From: a virus
Direction: 5' to 3' (one strand)
Length of the DNA stretch: 57,256 nt
IMG/VR virus record: IMGVR_UViG_3300025294_000007
Coordinates: 1-57,256 of that record
Positions 17,247 to 24,514 of this stretch are shown here, one piece after another. A model generated the notes under the pieces. It made no database searches, was not told the DNA's origin, and worked only from the letters and a program-made list of their open reading frames with translations. Made by a program: the position numbers and the translations under genes. The first letter of the stretch is position 1. Each line of letters opens with the position of its first letter.

Positions 17247-17439
17247 ATGCAATCGCCTCCCTAGCGCTAATTCCATTTACAAAGACATCAACATCGGCAA
17301 ATAATTCAATATTTCCGTTAACCTCTATATGTGCCAATAAATACCCTTCACGGTCTGTTATCGCAAAAATCACATCATTTTTGTTAATTAAGTCCTGTTT
17401 CGGAATGTACTTGATTCGTTTCATTCTACTTATCCCCAT
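17233..17439 (-). CDS. Hypothetical protein, 68 aa or less
   Basis: ORF with coding-like composition. The start is uncertain (17439 or 17424). Confidence 0.4.
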   Translation of the reverse strand: MGISRMKRIKYIPKQDLINKNDVIFAITDREGYLLAHIEVNGNIELFADVDVFVNGISAREAIAYDKQ

Positions 17440-17615
17440 TTCGTTAATTTAAAACATCTCAATTGCGGAACATACCCGTCACATGTGTTTACCGAGCGAA
17501 TAAAATAACCGAGCCTTTCACATCTTGTATTAGCGTGAGTTTGCTCGGCTTGTATCTTCCTATAATGTAAAGGTACAAAACGTTATAAAATATGGATTAT
17601 TTCTCTGATATAAAT

Positions 17616-17644
17616 AAAAAAAGCCACACCTTAATAGATGTGAC
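17616..17644 (-). terminator. Intrinsic terminator of cassette B
   Basis: Minus-strand RNA stem GUCACA/UGUGGC (one G.U pair, which would be a C.A mismatch on the plus strand) followed by U7. Confidence 0.6.
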
Positions 17645-17785
17645 TTCTTTGGCTATTTTGAAAGTTTATATAAGGCATATTAGTTAATCGAAACGCCTTC
17701 TTCCTCTGCCTGCTCTGATAGATATTATGCAAACTTTTCGGCAAGCGAACTACAAACTTTCCATAATGCCAAATTTGGGCGAGAC

Positions 17786-18019
17786 TTAATTGTTAGCTTT
17801 CTTATCCATGTCATTTTTACGCTTAACAATATCTTCTTTAAAGAACAGCCTATCTCTAGGTAAATCTTTAATTGGTATTATCACACCACGTTGCACTAAG
17901 TTATTCAGATTTTGACGTGAGCATTGCAGTATCTCCAACGCTTCAGTTGTATTAATTATTTCATCTTGTATATATTCCGTTAATTCTTCACGTGAGTTGA
18001 AAGAGTAGTTTTCAGTCAT
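17786..18019 (-). CDS. Small HTH DNA-binding protein (excisionase/MerR-like fold), 77 aa
   Basis: HTH: TTEALEILQCSRQNLNNLVQRGVIIPIK. It occupies the same position in cassette B as 16052..16252 does in cassette A. Confidence 0.6.
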   Translation of the reverse strand: MTENYSFNSREELTEYIQDEIINTTEALEILQCSRQNLNNLVQRGVIIPIKDLPRDRLFFKEDIVKRKNDMDKKANN

Positions 18020-18032
18020 TTATTTCCACCAC

Positions 18033-18119
18033 CTAGCGTTTATTTTTTCGCATTGTAATAATCGTTGCGCCAATCACTATCAATGTTATAACAGTTAATA
18101 TTAAGGTTACAATTGACAT
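18033..18119 (-). CDS. 28-aa single-TM peptide (MSIVTLILTVITLIVIGATIITMRKNKR)
   Basis: ATG 8 nt after GAGGTG. Below the ORF-track cutoff. Confidence 0.45.
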   Translation of the reverse strand: MSIVTLILTVITLIVIGATIITMRKNKR

Positions 18120-18191
18120 ACTATAAACACCTCTACTTATTATTAAATTATATTCATTGTATAACATTCTAAATTCGTTTATATTATAGGT

Positions 18192-18266
18192 GAAGGCTAA
18201 GGGTGCGAGCCTTAACCTTCTTTTACTAGCTTGACGCTACTCCTCTGGAGTGGTGTCTTTTTTTTT
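18192..18266 (+). ncRNA. Predicted ~75-nt antisense RNA overlapping the 3' end of the 44-aa peptide gene
   Basis: Promoter TTGTAT-17-TATATT (18157..18185). 5' hairpin AAGGCT/AGCCTT (18193..18213). An 11-bp terminator stem at 18233..18257 has two G.U pairs that form only on the plus-strand RNA, and is followed by U9. Confidence 0.5.
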
Positions 18267-18371
18267 GTTTTCTTTACTTTTCTTGCTGTTCATCTTCGCT
18301 GTTTGGAAATTAATCATTGCGATTATCAAGTTGATGAACGCTGTTAGTGCAACTACTCTTTCAATGTCCAT
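18237..18371 (-). CDS. Small TM + Lys-rich peptide, 44 aa, paralogue of 15643..15801 (Hol-Tox/TxpA-like)
   Basis: ATG 6 nt after GGAGGTG. Sequence: MDIERVVALTAFINLIIAMINFQTAKMNSKKSKENKKKDTTPEE. It aligns without gaps to the cassette A peptide. Confidence 0.6.
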   Translation of the reverse strand: MDIERVVALTAFINLIIAMINFQTAKMNSKKSKENKKKDTTPEE

Positions 18372-18397
18372 TTCTTTCACCTCCTTTCTATACTTTT

Positions 18398-18426
18398 ATT
18401 ATAACATTTATATTTACTCACGTCAA
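18398..18426 (-). promoter_or_regulatory. Sigma-A consensus promoter of cassette B (TTGACG-17-TATAAT)
   Basis: -35 is the reverse complement of 18421..18426, and -10 is the reverse complement of 18398..18403. Confidence 0.75.
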
Positions 18427-18469
18427 TATAAATATGCAATTATTTTATATAAAAGGGTATTTTTAGAAT

Positions 18470-18495
18470 TAAAAAAGACCGCCATTCGGCAGTCT
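18470..18495 (-). terminator. Intrinsic terminator after 18516..18890
   Basis: Minus-strand RNA AGACUGCC-GAAU-GGCGGUCU followed by U6. Confidence 0.65.
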
Positions 18496-18515
18496 TAAAC
18501 GGTTATTCCAAAATA

Positions 18516-18890
18516 TCAACCAAACACTTCACGCATACGGCGGTCACTATCTCGTGTTCTAATACGATAATCAACTCCGTCTGTTGCTACATCTTGCGCA
18601 GCTTTTAAGGAACGTTCATCCTTTTTTCGGTATAACTCTTGAGTATCACTAAGTAATGGGTACTCTGTGTTACGCATCTTCATACGGTCATTATCAGCTA
18701 ATTCGTCCTGTAATATTAGCGTTGCCATACGGTCAAGTACGTGTGTTGCTGGCATATTTCCATGTTGAATGAAATATTTTTCTGTTAATCGTTCGGCAAA
18801 CTTCATACGATGCTGTCGGTTAGTTCTCGTATTTTTAAAACGAGTAAACTCGAAAGTAACTTCGTTGTGCAAGTCTTGATTAGTTATCAT
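18516..18890 (-). CDS. Hypothetical early/regulatory protein, 124 aa
   Basis: ORF with an SD. No motif recognised. Confidence 0.4.
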   Translation of the reverse strand: MITNQDLHNEVTFEFTRFKNTRTNRQHRMKFAERLTEKYFIQHGNMPATHVLDRMATLILQDELADNDRMKMRNTEYPLLSDTQELYRKKDERSLKAAQDVATDGVDYRIRTRDSDRRMREVFG

Positions 18891-18912
18891 AAATAATTGC
18901 CTCCATCTTATT

Positions 18913-19233
18913 TTAAAATTCTTTTTGCGTCAATTCTTCGTCCATTAAAGCCCACATCTCGTATATTTCATCAATTTTGACCGTAGCGGCATCAATGTGG
19001 GAGCTTACTACGTCCTGACCAACTCCCATTTCTTTACCTGCTTTCTCTTGCGTAAACCCTAGGCTATATACAAAATGAATAGCCTCTTTTTGTCTTTTCG
19101 TCAATTTCGCCATCTCACACGCTCTCTCAAAGTCAATGAGAGTATCACTGGCGTTTAAATCTCCGACATAACGACGCTCTCTTAGTGCGTGTAAGTTTGA
19201 TAATATTGCTTTTGCTGTTGATTTTCGTTTCAT
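18913..19233 (-). CDS. Sigma-70 region-4-like HTH regulator, 106 aa
   Basis: LTKRQKEAIHFVYSLGFTQEKAGKEMGVGQDVVSSHI. Confidence 0.55.
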   Translation of the reverse strand: MKRKSTAKAILSNLHALRERRYVGDLNASDTLIDFERACEMAKLTKRQKEAIHFVYSLGFTQEKAGKEMGVGQDVVSSHIDAATVKIDEIYEMWALMDEELTQKEF

Positions 19234-19253
19234 ATATACTCCTCGCTTTTACG

Positions 19254-19282
19254 TTGATTTCACGTTTATAATTTGATATAAT
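19254..19282 (+). promoter_or_regulatory. Sigma-A consensus promoter (TTGATT-17-TATAAT)
   Basis: -35 at 19254..19259 and -10 at 19277..19282, upstream of 19323..19916. Confidence 0.7.
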
Positions 19283-19322
19283 TGGTCATAATAATAACGT
19301 TAACTTAACGGAGGTTTTACGT

Positions 19323-19916
19323 ATGACCGTTTCTAAATTTTATACGCTAGAAGAACTATTACCCATAATTGACGAATCCGCACGCTCATATTGCGAATCT
19401 GTTGCTGATACATATATTGCAGGAATCGAACACAATAACGAACTATTTCCAATGATTACACTAGATACTCCTGCTGAAGCGGATGCATATTGCGCGGAGC
19501 TTGACCGAACACTCGAATATCATTTTAAGCCAGTACCTAATACGGAATTTGACGATGAAGAAGCGGAATTGCTTGCTGGATTTACGTTTGTTCCAAATAA
19601 AGGAATGTCGAAGATTTACGTCGGTAAACGTAATCGACTATATCTAAAAGGCGATGTACTATCACAGCTCGGCATTAAGCCCCGTTCACGCGTCCTTATT
19701 GCGTTCAATCCTGCTGAAAAGGCTTTTGCTATCGTTAAACCATCAGCGCCTTCACTTAGCGAAGAAATGCGTGCAGCTGGCTATTTCGTAAGTAATCGTA
19801 AAGACGTTACTGCAGCAAAACTTTTTAATCAATTTAAGTTAGATAAATACGAAGGACAGACTTTTTACGCTGATACTGCTTCACTAAGCGGTAATGTCGT
19901 TATTTTTAAGCAATAG
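19323..19916 (+). CDS. Protein with a C-terminal AbrB/SpoVT-like looped-hinge DNA-binding domain, 197 aa; stand-alone plus-strand gene
   Basis: RLYLKGDVLSQLGIKPRSRVLIAFNPAEKAFAIVKP. It has its own promoter and terminator. Confidence 0.5.
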   Translation: MTVSKFYTLEELLPIIDESARSYCESVADTYIAGIEHNNELFPMITLDTPAEADAYCAELDRTLEYHFKPVPNTEFDDEEAELLAGFTFVPNKGMSKIYVGKRNRLYLKGDVLSQLGIKPRSRVLIAFNPAEKAFAIVKPSAPSLSEEMRAAGYFVSNRKDVTAAKLFNQFKLDKYEGQTFYADTASLSGNVVIFKQ

Positions 19917-19930
19917 AAACGAGAAAACTC

Positions 19931-19970
19931 GCCTACCTCAACGGTAACATTCCGCTAGGTAGGCTTTTTT
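19931..19970 (+). terminator. Intrinsic terminator (GCCTACCT ... AGGTAGGC + T6)
   Basis: 8-bp stem at 19931..19938 and 19957..19964, followed by a T-run. Confidence 0.65.
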
Positions 19971-19984
19971 CTTTTTCAGTTTTA

Positions 19985-20575
19985 TCAACATCGTTTCTGC
20001 GTCTCAACATACGTTAATAGCGCATAACCGGCTAAATCAAGAAGTGTATCCGATATACTTTCGCTAACTTTCGCTTTGTCGCCGTCCTGTAAAGTCTCTA
20101 AACGTCGCATCTTATCGTCCATGCGGATTAATGCACTCATAAGTCCGTATTTATCGTACTGTTGTGAGAAACTATCGCCGTAATCGTGATTCTTACGAAT
20201 TAATAAGTCCCCTAAAGCCTCTACAGCGTCTCGAATAGCTACTTCTCGCGGTACTAGTTCGTCTCGAAGGTATTCCTCGCCAACCTCTGCCAACGCTATA
20301 AATCCGGATGCCATTCGTTCTGCATACGCGTCAGTAACTGTTATCTTACGTGGATGCTCTTGGACTTCGGTATGTTCATCTTCTTCACCAGCTTTTCGGT
20401 GGATTTCGTATTGTCCTGTGGAGGCGTAATAAACATCTTCAGTATCATCAATATAAAATCGAGGATAACCGTCACTTGAAATACTAATCACCTCGTAAAT
20501 TCCGCCAACACCGTACGACCAATCCTCTGGTACTGAAATAATTCGAATCAAATCGCCCTTCTGTGCTTTTGCCAT
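19985..20575 (-). CDS. DUF1599-like / MazG-like all-alpha nucleotide pyrophosphohydrolase-fold protein with an N-terminal beta domain, 196 aa
   Basis: C-terminal half has ..LIRKNHDYGDSFSQQYDKYGL..IRMDDKMRRL. Confidence 0.45.
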   Translation of the reverse strand: MAKAQKGDLIRIISVPEDWSYGVGGIYEVISISSDGYPRFYIDDTEDVYYASTGQYEIHRKAGEEDEHTEVQEHPRKITVTDAYAERMASGFIALAEVGEEYLRDELVPREVAIRDAVEALGDLLIRKNHDYGDSFSQQYDKYGLMSALIRMDDKMRRLETLQDGDKAKVSESISDTLLDLAGYALLTYVETQKRC

Positions 20576-20578
20576 ATA

Positions 20579-21289
20579 TCATCGTCCCTTTCCGTTTTTA
20601 AGTATCGTTACTTTCACTGTCTGTTTCCCTAATGTGTAAGCTTCATTAACGCTTGCAACGAGTACATCAATCTTACTACCTTTAATTGCCCCACCAGTAT
20701 CAGCGCAAATAGCCTTAAACGAAGTACCGTTTGGATATTCAACACGTACTATTGAACCTAGAGCAATTACAGTCGGATCAACGGCAATTACTCGTAGTCC
20801 GTTTGCAAATATAGTCTGTCGTACGTCATATCCCGTTGCAGTGATTCCAGAACAGCCATTGCAGCTCGATGTATAGTGAGTTGCTACCATTTTAAATTGC
20901 GTTAAATCAGCGTCGTTGTTTCGACTAATTTGCGCCTGCTCTTTTCGCTTCTGCGACTCTAATCGCTTTTGTTCCACTAACTTTTTGGCTTCCGCGCGAT
21001 GACGCTCGAGTTCTATTCTGCGTTTCTCCTCTGCAACCTTAGCTTCATATAACCTATGTGCTTCTTCTAACGCTTGTTGACGTTTGATGTTGAGTTCTGA
21101 TGCGGCTTGTTGGCGTTTCTTTTTGAGGACTTGAGCGTATAGTGCGTCAAATCCATTGTATTCTGTGTGTTCTAGCGTGCGTCCGGTGGGACTTTCGGAA
21201 AGCTGTTCGTGACTTTCTGGTTTATATACTATAATGAGCAGCGTTGCTACGATTATTAGCGCCATAATTGACGCGGAAATACGCTTCAA
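20579..21289 (-). CDS. Membrane-anchored coiled-coil protein with a C-terminal 3D (MltA/YabE-like) peptidoglycan hydrolase domain, 236 aa
   Basis: N-terminal TM helix, a Glu/Lys/Arg coiled-coil stretch, then HYTSSCNGCSGITATGYDV...IAVDPTVIALGS...ICADTGGAIKGSKIDV. Confidence 0.65.
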   Translation of the reverse strand: MKRISASIMALIIVATLLIIVYKPESHEQLSESPTGRTLEHTEYNGFDALYAQVLKKKRQQAASELNIKRQQALEEAHRLYEAKVAEEKRRIELERHRAEAKKLVEQKRLESQKRKEQAQISRNNDADLTQFKMVATHYTSSCNGCSGITATGYDVRQTIFANGLRVIAVDPTVIALGSIVRVEYPNGTSFKAICADTGGAIKGSKIDVLVASVNEAYTLGKQTVKVTILKNGKGR

Positions 21290-22002
21290 TCGGTAACCTT
21301 CGCTTCAATGAGATGTTGCGCTGAAATCGGAAAATCTTCACGAACAATCTGTAATACCGCGATAGCATAGTCGTAAATTTCCTTCTGAGCATCGTTCTTT
21401 AAGCGCTGGTCAAGGAAGTGACAAATCGCCTGTAATGAAGCAGTGTAGCGCCATCTCACCATTAATCCATAGGCTGGCAAGAATAATCTCGCTTGTTCCG
21501 GAGCAATTCCTGCATCCATAGCCGCCTCGTATGCAACCTCTCCATCTTTGTATACCTGCTCTAATGCCTGAGTCCATTTAATTCCTTCTGCCTCATCTAG
21601 TGGAGCGCCTGAACCTTGCTTTGAATTAGCTGGTTTACTGCGCCATTCGCCTGCGCCCGGCAAGTAAAACTCCGTCTTTTCCGTGATGTATCGTCGGCTA
21701 GATTCACTCCAAGGCGTACCGTCCTCAATGTGCTGGCTATCAATTGCGTAACGCCACCACTGACGAGCTACGACTAACGGTGCGTAGACTTCGAATGAAA
21801 TACGAGGTGACCGGAAAGGCGACATATGTTTTTCACGAGCTAAGAATGCGATAAGACGCTTGTCACTATCTGTTAATTCCGCCGATTCCTTGTCGTACGA
21901 GGCTCTAGCGTTGTTAACTACAGTTAGGTCCGAACCAAAGGTTTCGAGGTGTCTTACGTAGCCTTTATCTAATACGTTAATTTTGCGTTCGTTTTTTTCC
22001 AT
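21286..22002 (-). CDS. thyX: Flavin-dependent thymidylate synthase ThyX, 238 aa
   Basis: ThyX-like ..ARQWWRY...SESSRRY.. signature region, plus size and context. Confidence 0.7.
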   Translation of the reverse strand: MEKNERKINVLDKGYVRHLETFGSDLTVVNNARASYDKESAELTDSDKRLIAFLAREKHMSPFRSPRISFEVYAPLVVARQWWRYAIDSQHIEDGTPWSESSRRYITEKTEFYLPGAGEWRSKPANSKQGSGAPLDEAEGIKWTQALEQVYKDGEVAYEAAMDAGIAPEQARLFLPAYGLMVRWRYTASLQAICHFLDQRLKNDAQKEIYDYAIAVLQIVREDFPISAQHLIEAKVTD

Positions 22003-22061
22003 AAGTAACCTCCACTATTTTAATTTCTTTACACGAGCTGCTCTTTTTTCTATCCTCTTAT

Positions 22062-22592
22062 TCACACGCCACTACTTCCCCAACCGTTTGTGCCTCTATC
22101 GCTATCCTCTAACTCTCCCGTAATCTCAACAGCAACCGTATTTGGACGTGGTTGTACGGTTAACTGAGCAATTTTAACACCTTTACGGATAATGTACGTT
22201 ACATTAGTGATGTTAGTTTTCGGATCATCTATAGTAGCTGTAAGTGGCTGAAATTCTACTAATGGGGCGTTAGTATTGTCCATGATAATCCCGATCTCCC
22301 CTCGATACCCTTCATCAATTGGCGGACTTACTACTCTAAGTTTCGTTTTACTAGAAATTCCACTACGATTTTTAATGTAGGCGTCATGACCCTTTGGTAA
22401 GACTACTGCTAAGCACGTCTTAATTACCTTAGTCTCACCTGGAGCAATAACGACGTCCTCTGCTGCGTATATATCGTAGCCAGAGTCGCTTGCGTGCGCC
22501 TTTGTTGGCAATATTGCGTCATCTGTTAAACGTTTAAATCCGATTACTAATGGCATATTTTGCGTCTCTTTCTCAATTAAATTTGCGTCCAT
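22062..22592 (-). CDS. dut: dUTPase, 176 aa
   Basis: Motifs SDSGYDIY, NRSGISSK, IDEGYRGEIGI and RGTNGWGSSG. Confidence 0.85.
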   Translation of the reverse strand: MDANLIEKETQNMPLVIGFKRLTDDAILPTKAHASDSGYDIYAAEDVVIAPGETKVIKTCLAVVLPKGHDAYIKNRSGISSKTKLRVVSPPIDEGYRGEIGIIMDNTNAPLVEFQPLTATIDDPKTNITNVTYIIRKGVKIAQLTVQPRPNTVAVEITGELEDSDRGTNGWGSSGV

Positions 22593-22804
22593 TATTCATC
22601 CTCCTCCTCGTAATATTCATCGTCTTCCGTCATAAATCCGATAACATTTGTACTCTCAGGTTGAGTCAATAATGGGTTAATACTCACTTGTATCTCCATT
22701 TCGCTTGCGACTCCTAGCGTATCAATAAACGCTTGGATGTCTGTAGCTGCTTGTGGTAATTCTGACGAGTCATTTACGTTTAAGCCGATTACATACCTTT
22801 TCAT
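22592..22804 (-). CDS. Small acidic protein, 70 aa
   Basis: ORF coupled to dut. The C-terminus is DDEYYEEEDE. Confidence 0.4.
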   Translation of the reverse strand: MKRYVIGLNVNDSSELPQAATDIQAFIDTLGVASEMEIQVSINPLLTQPESTNVIGFMTEDDEYYEEEDE

Positions 22805-22817
22805 TACGTAGCCTCCT

Positions 22818-23471
22818 CTACCATGTCATTTCATCCGCAATAGTCGATAAACGACCTCGAAAGTTTTTCGTTAACTGTACGACATTTACAAAGTCGTACG
22901 GCACTAAGTGTTCGATATATGGTACAAACCCACTCTTATTTGGATTTGATAAGTCATTCTGTCCGTCATGCCCTTCAATGATTACCGTACAACTATCATG
23001 GATTCGCGTCAGAACCTTCTTCAGTTCGCCTCGCGTAAAGTTCTGCGCTTCTGCGATTATCACAGTCGAATCCTTGATATTTGTACCACGAGCAAAAATA
23101 TGACTGCGTGGATAAACCCACACATCACCATGTTTTTGCGCTTCGTTATTCTCTACATCATAAATCACCTTAGAAGGATTTTCGCCAATTTCATATAAAG
23201 CATCGATTAACGGCTGGTAGTATTCAGCTTCTTTATCCCGTTGTGTACCTGGTCGAAATCCCATTTTTCCTTCTTCAACTGGTGCGAAAATGTAAACGAG
23301 TGGCTTATTGAGTAAGGCAGCGCAAGCTACTGCAAGTGTAGTCTTACCACTGCCAGCCTTCGCATTTACAATTGTAACTTGCTTATCAAAAATACTATCG
23401 ACATATTCACGTTGCTCTTGCGTCATTTTTTCAACAAATCCAAATAACATTGTATCTCTAGGTAACCCCAT
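22818..23471 (-). CDS. PhoH-like P-loop ATPase, 217 aa
   Basis: Walker A NAKAGSGKTTLA and Walker-B-like VIIAEAQN. Confidence 0.7.
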   Translation of the reverse strand: MGLPRDTMLFGFVEKMTQEQREYVDSIFDKQVTIVNAKAGSGKTTLAVACAALLNKPLVYIFAPVEEGKMGFRPGTQRDKEAEYYQPLIDALYEIGENPSKVIYDVENNEAQKHGDVWVYPRSHIFARGTNIKDSTVIIAEAQNFTRGELKKVLTRIHDSCTVIIEGHDGQNDLSNPNKSGFVPYIEHLVPYDFVNVVQLTKNFRGRLSTIADEMTW

Positions 23472-23533
23472 AATTACGCCCCCTAATCGATAATGTAATT
23501 AAATTCGAATCCTTAACGTTCTTCTGAATACCT

Positions 23534-24502
23534 CTAGTCGAAATAAAAGTCTGAATCATGAACCGGTTCAACTGTTGCTTTTTTGTAGCCATTACCTTTC
23601 ATTGAGAAGAAGTCATGAGATTTTGTTTTCGTTGATAGTCCATTTAAAACTATTGGATTAAAGTTATCGTGTTTATAATATTCTTTAAAACCAACGTTAG
23701 ATAACGCCTTATTAGCATTGTATTGTACAAAATTAAGCACATCATGTGTAAGTCCGATCTCGTCGTAAATATCAGCAGTATACAAAGCTTCGTTTTGATA
23801 TAACTTTTCAAGTGTTCCATATACCCATTCAGACAGTTCGCTCTGAACATCTGATGACTGACGGTTATAGATTTCCTGTGCTAATAGCCCGACATATACT
23901 CCGTGAATACTTTCATCACGAATGATTAAGTTTATGATCTCTCCAGCCTGCATTAGTTTTCCTTGTCCGTACATATACAATGGATAGTAGAAGCCACTGT
24001 AAAATAAGAATGATTCAAGGAATACGGATGCAACTAGCGCCTTATAAAGTGTAATATCGTCATTACTTTTAACCGACTTGTACTGCGTCACTATAACGTC
24101 GGCTTTTGACTGTAAATATTGGTTTTCCTGCACCCATTCAAATACCCCTTTAATTTCCTCACGGTTTGCCAGTGTTAAGAAAATGTTCGAGTAAGACTTC
24201 GCATGTACTGAGTTTTCCATAGCTGACATGAAGGTAAGCAACGCTTGTCGTTGATGTCCTTTAATAAGAGGAATTAATCGCGGTATACCAACTCCTTGTT
24301 CTGTATCAAGTAAAGTCAGTCCTCCAAGTACACGCATATATGTTTTTTGTTCTTCTTTCGAAAGTGCTTTCCAAGTCAATAAATCCGGTGTGAGTGATAT
24401 TTCCTCTGGTAGCCAAAATTGCGAGTGATTCTGCTTTAAAAATGCCTGCGTAAATGAGTCGTCATCTACCGCGTAGTTAGCAGCCGTGTATACATTGGTC
24501 AT
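23534..24502 (-). CDS. nrdF: Class Ib ribonucleotide reductase beta subunit
   Basis: Ferritin-like di-metal motifs ([17 protein letters not shown]), 322 aa, next to nrdE and nrdI. Confidence 0.85.
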   Translation of the reverse strand: MTNVYTAANYAVDDDSFTQAFLKQNHSQFWLPEEISLTPDLLTWKALSKEEQKTYMRVLGGLTLLDTEQGVGIPRLIPLIKGHQRQALLTFMSAMENSVHAKSYSNIFLTLANREEIKGVFEWVQENQYLQSKADVIVTQYKSVKSNDDITLYKALVASVFLESFLFYSGFYYPLYMYGQGKLMQAGEIINLIIRDESIHGVYVGLLAQEIYNRQSSDVQSELSEWVYGTLEKLYQNEALYTADIYDEIGLTHDVLNFVQYNANKALSNVGFKEYYKHDNFNPIVLNGLSTKTKSHDFFSMKGNGYKKATVEPVHDSDFYFD

Positions 24503-24514
24503 TTAGCATCCTCC

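Noticed and set aside
18250-18498. 82-aa plus-strand ORF.
   Set aside because: It is antisense to the SD-supported 44-aa peptide gene and its consensus promoter. It starts inside a terminator U-run and is made of AT-rich low-complexity codons.
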